From contig JAKIMF020000004.1 of the NCBI GenBank assembly GCA_022605425.2, positions 1 through 64,000 on the forward strand: a stretch of 64,000 nt of DNA, written 5' to 3'. The notes under the pieces were generated by a model. It ran no database searches. It saw only the letters and a program-made list of their open reading frames with translations, and was not told the DNA's origin. The position numbers and the translations under genes were made by a program. How positions within the stretch are numbered: position 1 is the stretch's first letter; every line of letters begins with the position of its first letter. Of the stretch, positions 1-12,829 are shown in pieces. This DNA comes from Hamiltosporidium tvaerminnensis FI-OER-3-3. Taxonomy: Eukaryota; Fungi; Microsporidia.

Positions 1-3000
1 GCATTGCGGCTTTAGCATCAAAAAATACAAATATAATATGAAAGAAAGATATACAAGTGAAAAGGGTATTTGAATTTCATTTATACTACTTTTACGAAAA
101 ATTTAGGAGTTGTGTAATATTATTGCTATTGTCAATATTGATGTGATATTCTCCCGATCTATACAGACATTGATTTTTTATTCATATAACTATAATCCAT
201 ATAAATTGATTCAATATTTAGTTCGCCTTAATATATCTGTACAAAGAAATTATTTGTTTTTTTACTATGAGTCCTATTGTACTGACATAAATTATTTTTA
301 TTATAAGTATATTGATTGTTTTTAATTATGTTAAGTCTTTTTTTTAGAAATATATATTCTACAGTAAAGATATACAAAATTAGATTAAAATAAGATCATA
401 ATACCATAAAATCTCTTGAATGAAAACTTGATTTCTATTGTACTACTTATATATTAAAACCAAATTCAAATAAAAGTTTTTACATAAATATCTGCAAATT
501 TTAATTTTCTTAACATATTCTTTTGTTCAAACAAAATTCTACAAATAATTCTTAAAATAGTTTAATTTTGTTTAGTTTCGGTGTTAAACTTGTTTATGAA
601 GTCGTACATACAATACAAAAAATATTTGAATTATTAATATTTTACCTGATATTTTAATTTTATTTTAAAAAATAGGTAAATCTTAAATAAATTTGTTTAT
701 TTCAAACTAAATTAAATACTCGTTTTTTACATATGCTTAATTTATATTTTTATTTTTCTATGTAAAGCTACGAATTAATTTTCAAACTTTTCAGAAATTC
801 ATTTGAATAAAGTAATATACTAGAATCAATGATACATTGATTTCAAAATGTATTTATAAACGAATATTATATTATAATAATTAAAAAATAAAGTATTTTT
901 GTGAAAGTAGACGTCTATTCTAATTCACTAAATAAAATTTTTTAATTGGGCTTATTGATTCAAATATCATATTATCAAATTACGATTTGTATACTTAAAA
1001 TTTAAAAAGAACACAATTAGACATTCAAAACTTTAATAGGTATGATTAATTTTGGATTTTTAAGTTTTGGTATCATCTAAGTGTGACTTAAGACTATCTT
1101 ATTATTGAACTTCTATTACCTAATGAACTGTAAAAGATTTAATCTAAATCAGAGCAAAATAACTGTTCCACAATACTAAAATTTATTTTTCAAAAAAATC
1201 GCAGCAAATTTATACTTTTACACTACCTAAGCTGATTAGTATTATGACAAGAGTATAGAAGATTTTTTAATGTTTAGCTCTTATGGGGTTCAAGAGCAAT
1301 GTGTAAAAACTCATGAGATTTTATGCAATTGGATTTAACGAAAAAATTAAAGTCGAGCACTTAATAAAATTTATAAATAATTTTACAAATAACAGACACA
1401 CCTGTTTCATGAACTCCGGGACCAAAAGTTACCTTCAAATACAGATTTACCCATTCGCAAATTCTCGGAGTAAATAACTATATGAAAATGAAATCCAAAG
1501 ACAATTTTATTTATGTTTAAACTTATACCCAATTAAACGCCAATAACTATAGTTTAGCATTAATCATAATACTTTTTTAGTTAAACTATCGCTTTCATTT
1601 TTTCTATAACTACACAAGCAATAGTTATGATATATAAATGACTCTGGGCTTATGAAAAATTCCGGTCTTTTGAATAAATGGGTAATTTCTACGATTTATT
1701 TATTCCGCAGTGAAATTTGAATTATCTATCTTAAGATATATCAAACCTTATTGAATATATTAATGAATTAAAACTTTACCAACATGTATTATAAAGATCG
1801 ATTGAATTTCTTTGGTTGAAATGGAAGACTTTTGTTTTGCTAAACAAAATATTTTTCGTGAGAATATTTCAAAAATAATTCAAGAATCAAGAGATATATT
1901 AAGGCGTTTAATCCAAGGAATTAAGAATGTTAAATTTAATAAAAGAAAATCTTCGCTTTTAAAACTTATAAATATAGATTAACCAATTGCGACGGATTGA
2001 AATATTTAATTAGATACGAACGAATAACAAAGAGAATAATTAAATAAACCAGGGTGTGTAAAGATTAATTTAGAAATTAAATTTTTTATATATGAATCCA
2101 GATATTTCAAAGATAATATAAGCCAAATTTTAAAATATTTTATTAACTTGTCTCAAAACATAAAGATTCTTTTAATTCATCTTCATTACAAACGCCAGCC
2201 AATATTTCAGCCTTTTCTGAAATCAATTCCAAGGGGTTCTAAAGAAATTTTCTTCAATTAAAATCTTCTAGCCTTTAAAATATATTCGATTTGTCTTTTT
2301 AATTTCGATTTATTGAAAATATTCGATTAAGTATTTCGATTTCATCGCTAAAAAATATTTCATAGGAATTAGATTACTTGACATACCAAACTTCCTTTTT
2401 TACATCTCAACAACGATACATGCTTTTGGTTCTACCACCCCCAAAAATTTCCAAATTGTGTTAGGTTTTAGCCGAGATTGCAGTGTGATCTTGCTAACTG
2501 TTGATATACATTTCAAAATTTTTCAAAATTTCCAAATACTTTTCATAAAACCCTAGCTTTGATTCTAGGCCAATATAAACGGCCGTGTGTATCAAACTGC
2601 TTACTCGCCCCTAGCCATGCCTCTTTCGTCTTTTCCGAGTAAGTGGTACGAGAAATTTTGTCCAAATCAAAAAAAGAACTCTTTTGAATAAATTCAATAT
2701 TATATAAAACTGCTTCAAGGTGTAATATAATCAGAGATCAAACTAAATGTTCCAATCATTTGTTACATACAACTTTAACGATGTTGTACTAGATATCTAG
2801 CAACATAACAATATAATCTAATTATTTTATATCTTAACTACAACTACGAATAATTCGTAACAACTTCATTTTGATCGACAATTCATTAAGAAGCAGAGAA
2901 TATAATAAACACCTTGCATACTCACTGATATAGCCATTAACCCGTTTTCCTCCTTTTTGTTCGTATTTCTTGAGTTACCTCTTCATTCCAATTTCTTCAA

Positions 3001-4140
3001 TAAAAAATATTTTGATATCAGAAATATAAGGTTATAACTTGTTAAAATATATAAAGAAGTTTAATTGTTTTGAACTCATTCTTTTTTTGCTTTAAACCCA
3101 AGGAAAAACACAAAAGATTAAAACATAATCGCAGACCATGTGAATATCTCATATTTTTGTTCTCCTGTTTCTAAAATTGAAAAACGTATCATTTAAAATT
3201 TCATTTCAGTAGATTTAGTTTTAATATATGATTATTAAAACATTTTAAAAAATTTTTATTCTAAATTTTATACATATATTTTTCCTCAATGATTTTTCTG
3301 TTAAAACGTTTTATTTTTCAATATTATATGGTTACATTATTCTAATACTTCGATTTATTTCTAATTCATCAAAAAACCAGTAGCTAAATTTATAAAAACC
3401 TTTCATGTACTTTTACTATGCTGGAATCATAAATATTCAAATGTTTTTATTTGTAGCGTAAATAATGAATTTAAATTGTATTTTTAGTAGCGTGAGGATA
3501 GTCACAAAAAAACATTCTTCTTGGCAATGAGTAGGTTAAACTGGTGTGAAGACAATATTTTGGATTTTTGGTGTGATAAAAACCACACTACGTCTACGTT
3601 TGTTACATGTGTGTTTGTATGAAGAGGAGAAGTTCATAAAATCACGAAAATTTTATATTAATATATTTTTCTTTTTCTTGTGCTCAATTGTAGACTGCAC
3701 TTGAACTTATAGATAATATCCATAGAAATTTAAAAATCTAGTCTTAAACCACTACTTTAGAAGACTCTGCGAATTGGAAATAGAAAGATAAACCTTTCTA
3801 AAACTGAAAAGGGATTGCGTGGGTTATTTATGTTGGTATGGCATTGCATCTTCGCAGGTTTTTTAGTGTAATTCGCCGAAATATATCTTAGCTAGCTGTT
3901 AGTTTATTCGGCACGTGTATATTAAGTTAAAATGCTACAGGGTATGCAAAGGTACAATTCGAGTCGGGTTCTATATACAATCACACCTCCGCAACAGATA
4001 TTAACAAACTCGAAGCAACTAAATTGCTTATTAAATGGGTTCTTAAGCTATTATATATGAAATGCTTTGGGATTTAGGTATTCTAAAGGTAACGATGGAG
4101 TGTTAGGTCCAGTCACTGATGTCAAACCTAGAACTAAGCA
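1..4140 (-). pseudogene. Decayed paralogous unit B0 (unidentified gene family), truncated by the window start
   Basis: Colinear with 13170-17340 (offset about 13.2 kb), and its first 1.1 kb with 43730-44814. Minus-strand peptides are conserved through synonymous changes: PNTPS (cct aac act cca tcg vs ccc aac aca cct tca), CHTN (tgc/tgt), NWNEEVTQE (gag/gaa). Many stops and frameshifts; no long ORF. Confidence 0.55.
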
Positions 4141-5599
4141 ATTTTATGAAAGAGTACAACACTTACTCCTTTATTAAAAATATTGTATAGTTTTAATTCA
4201 TTTAATGTGTTTTGGTTTTTGTAATTATTATATATTTTTCGTTAACGCTGATATTCAGTTACTTTAAACTTATGTAATATTAATTTTTTCATTTTACGGT
4301 TTATATCATTTAAATTATTATTCTATTTATTTTCAAAATTTAAGTTATTTCACTAAAAAATATGTATTCTAATAAAGAAAGTTCTAGTCGTACTATTTAT
4401 TTATCGAGCATTATTTCGCAAATAAAATAAATCCTATCGAACTACACTGTCGTTCTTAATTTGAATATCTCATAGATTCTTTTAGCTTATGGATCTAATT
4501 TTATGTCTATTAGCATTCTATTTTTTATCTAATCTAACTTTTTATGTTTAAAATATATACTTTTCTTACATATTGTTTGTATTAATTTTGTTTTTATACT
4601 ATTTTTCTTGATAACCCAATTTTAAAGGCGTGTAAGATGTGATATAAATCTTTAAGCTAAATATTGCTTATGTGTTTGCTTTGATTAATTCACAATAATT
4701 TTTTTGAACTTTAAAATTTTGATTTTAAATTCTTTCATATTATGTAGAATACTATGGAGATTTGCTAAATGCATATTTTTTAGATATAATACTTTAGTAG
4801 GGTTTTTTACTCCTTATTTAATTACCTTTTCTATAATTTGTATTAAGTCATGTATATTTTTGTATTTTTATGTTTATTGTATATTAGTTTTGGAATTGTA
4901 ATGTGCCTTACATACTTAAAAAATGTACTTAATTTTATTATATATTTGTTTCTAACTATTTTCATGTGCTTTTAATTAAATTCAAATATTTTCGTTCAAT
5001 CGTTCTATTGAAATTCTAGTCCTAGTTTATCCTTTACTTGTTTTGAGTAAATTTATGTTATATAAAATTTATAAAGTCGTTACTTTAATGTAAATTGGTA
5101 TATAGTTCGTTATTTATGTTTAAATAAATACTTTTGTTTATAGATGTTAAAATATAATATTTTTCTTGCATAAAAAGAGATTATATGTTAGATTACAGTT
5201 ACCGATATTTCTTTCGTACATTTTTTTAGTTTATTATTCATTTTGGCTGTGTTTTCTTAATTTAAAAATTTACTTATATCAAATTTTTTTGCTAAAACTC
5301 ATTTTAGTTATAGCTGTATATACATTTTTTAGTTTTTTGGTTGTTTTTTTTTCGAAATGACTTTTTTTAATTCTGTTACATTTATTTTACTTCATTCTTT
5401 TCTTATTCATTTACAAATTCAAGTCGTTACTTAATCAATCACTTGTTTGGGTCATGTAAAATAATTCAGGTCATTTCAATGAGTAATTTATGTTTCAAAG
5501 TAATATTTATGGCTAAATAATGTATAAAATTTCTGTTATTTATTCATTTTATATTCATTTAACTTCAAATTCATTATTTAATATCAATATGTAATATTC

Positions 5600-8500
5600 G
5601 TAAATATAAGTAAGTATTTTCTCTTCTGATATTATATTAATATGTTAACCCTAATAAACTTATAAAATTTACCATAATTGGAAGTTTTTGTGTATAAGGT
5701 ATTGGATGTTTTTTTATGGTTGTTTGGAACATTCGTACTATTAAAACCTTCACTCACTATTTAAAAACAAGGTTTTATAATCTTGGTCATAATAAGTTGT
5801 GTTCAGCCTAAACATGGCTGGATTAAATTTGGTTAACTCGTTTTAAAAAAGCCCGCAGTATATTGTTGGAAGCATTAATCATATAAGGGATTCATACGTA
5901 ACTATAGATTTTAAAATAACGTTTTACTATTTACCTTTCCTTAAATTAATCAAACAGTTATAGCGCATATTATATATGCATTGTTACAACTTCTTAAACA
6001 CAATATAAACCTAATTAAAAAGATATAAATGTGAAAAGTATTCAAATATCATGTATAATACTTTCGAGTAATTAATGAGAAATGTAATACTATCGCTTTC
6101 GTTGAAATATATATGATATTCTTTGGATTTTTAATGGCTTTGATTTACTAATATGTAATACAACTTATAGTATAATGAACTCTGATATTTGATTCATTTA
6201 AGTATATCCATATAAATAAATATTTCATTTTAAAATATGTAGTGAGATTTCAATAACTTAAATCATTATAATTATACATATATTAATTCGATTTAAATAT
6301 GTTAAGTATATTTTTGAATTATATATTATTTTACATTAAATCAGACTTTTAAATAATATATATAGTACAATAAAATGTCTGAAGTGATACAGAAAACTTT
6401 TTATCATGCTACTTCTATATTCAAACAAATTCTAATAAATACTTTGCATCCAATTCTTGTAAAATTAAGTACTCTTAAGTTATTTGCCTAATTGAAAGAC
6501 AATTGTTACAATACTTTTTAAAATAGTTCGTTTTATATATTCTTTTTAGTCTTTAGATTGTAACTTTTTTTATTAAGTATATATTTTAACAAAAAATAAA
6601 GCCAAAATAAAAAATGTAAATAATATTTTGATATGATTATAAGAAAGTTACACTTTAATTAGATTTAGTTCGGCTCAAACCTAATTAATATAACTAATTT
6701 TTAATATACTTTCTCGTAATTCTATATTAATCTAGAATCAAATCTTCAAAAATTAATGAGCTATCTATACTAGTCCGAAATATGCAAGGGTTATATCATT
6801 TTAATATCTAAATATATTTATAAGTGAATATTAATTTAGAAAGATAAGTATAAATAATAGATACTGATTTGAAAGATAGGTATAAATTGTCTTATAATTA
6901 AAAGAAGCAAGTATTTATAATACTACAAATAAAATTTCGATGAGTTTCTTTGTCGATTTATAGCTAATTATATCGAATTACGGTTTGTCTGCTTAAAATG
7001 TAAAAATAGAGACAATTAGGTATTAAAAATCACTTAAACTATAAATGGGGCTGAGTTCTAAATGTTGTGGCATCTTTTACAAATAAATTAGTACTTTTCA
7101 TTTTTAAACTTCTGATTCTTCCTTATATGAATAAAGATTAAACTAATTTAAAGGAATAGAACTTATGCCACAACCAGCTGATATATTTTTACTATAATAT
7201 TTGCACCTGTAATATATTATCTCAAACTATCCAAGCTGATTCGAATTATGGAATGGCATATCTAAGGTTATTTACACATTTTACCTTTGTTTAAAGGGTA
7301 TTCTCAAAGAACTCATCTGATCTTGTTTGAAGTCAAAATTAACTAAATAATTTAATGAATTCACTCATAATATATTGGTAGATAAATACCCAATATCATT
7401 AACTGGAATTTTCATAACGCGAAGGCAAATAACGCAATTATGAGGCGCATTTGCCTATTTCAAAAAATTCGAGGTAAAGTTGTATATTATAAAGAAAAAG
7501 ATAAAATAATATAATTTAATTTATAAGTTATAATTTTAAAAATTAATAGATTTTATTTACTTTACATCAAAAAACATTACTTTTGTATATTTGCTCGACT
7601 ATTTCTTTTAAACTTTAAGAAAATTTATTTGTTCCTCATGATATATGAGTGAATTGTTCTCTATGATTGAATTTTTTTCTTCTTGATAAAATGTGTTCTT
7701 CTTATTATAGAAATCTTCGTAAATGGTTTGAGCTATTAACGCTTAAATAAGCCGTTTGGACTCAATACAAAGTTTGTATTATATATTATCTTCTATCATT
7801 TTTTGGTTTGTGTTAGAAGATTAAACATATTTTATATTTTCTAAAAATTTAAAGGTAATGCTGTTTTGAAGAAATATTTTTAAATGTATATTTTTTTAGT
7901 ACTTTTTGCGTTAAAAAAATTCCAAACTCATAGGTCTATATGCTTCTTTTTGTTTGAATACTATTTTATTTATATTGATTTTATAGAAAACAGAGAATAA
8001 ATAATGTGCCTTTTCTCATACTGACAATATTACAATAAACAATAAAAAATTAGAATTTTAGTGAATGTATATTCGCTCATCCAAAGCTTTCCTGGTTTTA
8101 GTACTTTTGATAAAAATAAAACTTTAGTTAAATGATATGCATCTTAACAAATAAATATTTTAATTTTTTTTAAATTATTATTACTAATTTAGAAGATTCC
8201 ATGTAGCAATTATTTTAAATATATCTCTATACGTATTAAACAATAAATTTTTTTTAGATAATACATGGTTTGAAATTAATTCATTTTACAGCTATTTTTA
8301 TAATTTCTTTCTTTTTTATTTAAATTTATGCAATGTAAAAATTCGGACATGAAATAGAATCTGAAGAAAATTATATATGTAGGGATATACTAATAAAAAT
8401 ATCTTAGTATGATTTAAAAGAAGCCAAGAACATTATTTAAATAAGTATTGTTATACATTAAAATAGTTTCGAAGGGTAAGTTGTAAATGATGTAATTATC

Positions 8501-10000
8501 AATTGTGACTTTAGATAAATCAAATTATGATTGGATAGGAATCGTTTAGGAATGGTTTTTCCAGATGTTGAACTAATTAAATTTAAATACCTGTTTAAAT
8601 GAGATTAGTTGTAGCGAAGTGTAAAAGTATAAATATACAAAGTTTTCTCATTTTGTGGCAGCTTCTAAGGCTCACCTTAAAGAATACTTTTGAAATATCG
8701 GATGCTCTATAGGAAAAGCTCTTCATCCTTTAAACTACAAGAGCTATGACTGTACTGAAGTGGAAGCCAAATATACCAAATGTCACCGTTCACAGATATC
8801 CATTCTCTGTAATATTTGCAGCTAAATTTGCTGCATCTGTATATCCTAATTGCTGGATTATAGAAAGACTTATGCAAATTTATTTACGTAATTCTATACT
8901 TGCTTCAATATAGATGTCCTGAACAACAATCGATTTTGTTAAAAAATCAAAGAATTCGAAATGCATGGTTTTAATCACTTTAATATGCTAAGATACACTT
9001 ACGAACAACATCAATTGTATTTAATTAACTTTAAGGCAATGAGCCAAATACTAGGACAACACTACCTATTTAGTTAGAAAAGTCGTTTGGAAATATTTAC
9101 CCACTACAATGAAATTATATCAAAATACTGTTCAAAAAAATCTTTAATCATTTTACGAACAACCGTAATTTATTGTTTACAATATCTACAATTTTGATTG
9201 TATGATTTTAAGTGCTTAATTCAATCACAATCTAAAACAATAGGTCTTTTATAATATTTTGCATATGTGTGATTCTTATATATTTACATTTCTATTTAAA
9301 TAAATGTGTTCGTTTCATCTTTCTAAAGGTATTACATACTTTGTTGCTAGCTATGTTACAGAACTTATATAAAGACATTGAAAAGTTAATCGAAACGTAT
9401 ATTTCTTTAATGTTTTTCTAAACCAACTTTCTCAAGTATTTCACTGCTACAGATTAGGTAAATATTATTTTCTTTACTATATTTCTCAAGTATTTCGCTC
9501 ACCCAGGTCAGTAGAAGCAAAAATTTTAAATTAGAATGGTATTAAGTGCTTTATGCACTTTCTAATAAATTAACTCTTAATTTTGCTTTTCTGAGCTAGC
9601 TATTGTGATTTGCATGAAATATTTCAATTCTTTTCAAATTAAATTAAAATGGCTTTTTTTTGGCTCGAGCATAGAAAATTTTAGTTTCTCTTTTAGTAAG
9701 AATATACAATAAGTAGAAATAGAACGAATATATGCCTAAATCTCTATTGAAATCGCTTTTTTTAAAGTTTTTTATGATTTTCGTACTTTTATCCAAGTAA
9801 GTAAAATATCCAGACATTGTTTTTACATTAAAAACCCTTATGAATAAAATAGCGACATTTCTTTTGAATATAAAAATAAAAGAGCTTCGAAATGCAAGGC
9901 TTTTAGCATTTTTTATTAAAATAAATTTAACAATAAAGAAACAAGTATTGAGTTTATTCATTTATAATTTAAAAAAGTAAACTCCTAATATTAAATAATT
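5600..10000 (-). pseudogene. Decayed paralogous unit A1 with an internally repeated module
   Basis: Shares the motif taataaacttataaaatttaccataattggaagttttt (minus strand KTSNYGKFYKFI) with B1, A2 and B2. The module at about 7060-7460 recurs at about 8640-9070. Residual ORF 9644-9961(-), 105 aa. Product not recognised. Confidence 0.5.
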
Positions 10001-10179
10001 TTTTACGTGTAATAATTTGAATTTAGCAGAATTCTTAATTTTTTCCTGATAAAACTACTCTTGGACTTTGGCACCAATAATATTTACGTTTTAAAAAGAA
10101 TTTTCCAAATGAAAATTAAAAAAATTAAAAAGCAGCTGAATATTAATAAAAGAAAGAATTTAATTGTAATTAGACCAAA

Positions 10180-12170
10180 ATAGTTCCCCTAACCAAAATC
10201 TTTAAACTGTTGCTCTGCTCTACAATATTTTAGGAGCATAAGCAGAATCAAATATTTCTAAAAACCAAACACGCTTTAAAAAATAGCAAAAATTTTTTTC
10301 ACTCAACTAATTAATTTCATACACTCCAAAAAAGTTTTCCCTACCCTAATTTTTAGTCCCCCACCCCAATCCAAACATTTTTCTCCAACATTATTATTAT
10401 TGCCCTACCTCGATTCTTTTTACCCTTGCGCCTGTTCTACATAACAGAATATTTTTTCCCCTAAATTTCTTTATTTTAAATATATTCTCGAAAAGCTCCA
10501 TCATTTCCACGACATAATCATTTTATCTTTAAATATATTTTTTCGTCAACTAATTTATTTCCGCCCTAATTTACTTTTTGCCATAAACTTGCTCTTCCTC
10601 TCAGACAATTATTTTTTTCTCAAGTTTTTTTAATTATTCTGTTCAAATTATTTCTTTTTTGAAATTTTGTATCTTTAAAACAAATATTCTATTAATTATC
10701 CGACTCCATTGATTTCAACTAGATATTTTATTTCTGCCGGTTCTTTTTCTTAAAAACGGATTCTTTTCTAAAGATTTTAACTTTCCTTGGTCTTTTTTAC
10801 ATTTTAAAAACCAATACTTTATTTCTTTAGCAAACCTTTTCACTTTAACTAAACACCATTCCCCAACCTGTTTTTATAACCAATTCTCCTTTCCCATACG
10901 TAATTTTCTTCCTTTATAACCCTTTTTTTCGCTATCTTAAATCTTTTTCCGAATCAGAATCTTTTCCCTAACTACTGTCTTTTTTCCCAAACTATTTTTT
11001 TTTACTTGCTGGCCCCGATCTACTCATCAAAAACAGATTTATTCTCCTGACTTAATTCCTAATCTTTTTTCGTCGAACAGATCTTTCTTCGCTAACTACA
11101 ATCTTTTTTTTCCTTGGCTAATTTTCTTTCTCTCTAATTTTTTTATTCTTGTTGAATAAAATTTGGGGTAAAAAAAATAGAAATTAATTGAGAAAAATAA
11201 TTCTCTTATGTAAAAGTTGATTTTATTTTTTCCTACCCTATCGTAAGAAACCATGTTTGTTTTTCCTTATAAAATTGGTTTCGTCAATAATTCACGAGTA
11301 ATAATGTGATTGTAATGTTTGCCACCAATCCTTTTCTACTTAAAATTTTTATAAATAAAAATTATTTTGCTTTTAAATTTATTTTGCTTGAAAATTTACT
11401 TTTTCTTAGATTCTATAACTATGAAAAGACACAAATTTAGATTTAAAAATGATTTGTGGAATACTATTATTTATCTAATAATATATTCAGATTTCTTTTT
11501 GTAATAATATAACTCTGGTGAAGTTAGATAATTCTAAACTCCAAAAATTTGAAAAATAAGGTGAATTCAATTATTTTAGATATAATAATCAAAAACAGTT
11601 TGGTAAGAATTTCTTCTAAAGTTGTTCAGCAAATAAATTTGTATAAAAATAAGAATAAAATAAAATGTTTTACTAAAAAAAATTTAATGTGTAAATTCGA
11701 ATCGGTTGTCACGGAGAAAATAAAACTTGCCTTTCCATGTAATCCTAAAACCTAAAACGAAAAAATTAATGAAAACTCTAACTTATATAGTTATGTAGAT
11801 GTTTTTAGTATGTTTCGTAATCTTTCTTTTAATGTAAATTATGTATTCAAATTCTGTATTTAAGAGTAATGTTTATAAAACACTTGGTCTGAAATAATTT
11901 ATTTGCGTTGAATGGGACAGATTGCAGTAGTGGTATGGTATATAGAGATACATTTTTAAGGTTAAAGTGGAAGAAAGGAACCTAGGGGGAAGTAAAATGT
12001 AGATTAGGGTAAAAAACGTGTAGCAAAAAGGTTGATCGGAGAATAAATCTGAATCAAAACAGCTATTAATTTTGTTTCGCTTTCAGTTTACAGTTTTTTT
12101 TAATTTGATTTCATTCGTATTATCTCTTAGAGTGATCACCCCAACCCTGAAGGGTTTTGGGTGAATTACA
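10180..12170. repeat. CCCT(A)-rich non-coding block with inverted repeats, between A1 and B1
   Basis: C-rich left part and G-rich right part. A 14-bp inverted pair, cagatttattctcc (11034-11047) and ggagaataaatctg (12038-12051). GC-rich hairpin at 12136-12164. Second copy at about 40780-42730. Confidence 0.6.
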
Positions 12171-12829
12171 CATTTGAGTTTAAAAATATCTCTATTCTAT
12201 CTGTGGATGTTTAAATATTTAAATCAAAGTTACTTAGAAATTGTCTTTTTTTGAAAATTTGATCCTATAAAAGTTCCTAATGTTTACATTTTTTTATTTT
12301 GTGTATATTTTACATTTTAAAGAAATGTTTTTTCTTTGTTATACATTTTAAAAAAAAACGTTTTTAAAAACATTATATGGTTTTTTCGAATCTCTGAAAT
12401 TTTTTATGCTTTAGTATTTTACAACTTTTATTATTAGTTACTATTTTTTCAAGCCAGTTCTATTTTTTTCTGTATGTTTTGTATAGATTTAAGCGTATTA
12501 TTTATATTTTCAAACCTATGTATAAATTATTATGTTTTCTACATTTTTTCATTTAATTTTGGAATTGTGTACTATTTTTATGGATTCATTTTATATTTAT
12601 TTAGGTATCAAGTTTTTTAAAAATCTATAATTTAGCAATTTTTTCACATCCCATATAATTTTCTAAAAGTTTAGCTTTTTTTTCTTCAAAAAATAATTTT
12701 TTTTTAAAATTTTACAACTTTTTTGAATAATTATGAAATGCTATTTATTTTTAGTAATTTTTCAAAAAATTCTTTATTTATTTTTAAATCGTTAAAAATA
12801 CGCATATGCTTTAATGGTATTTCTTCTTA

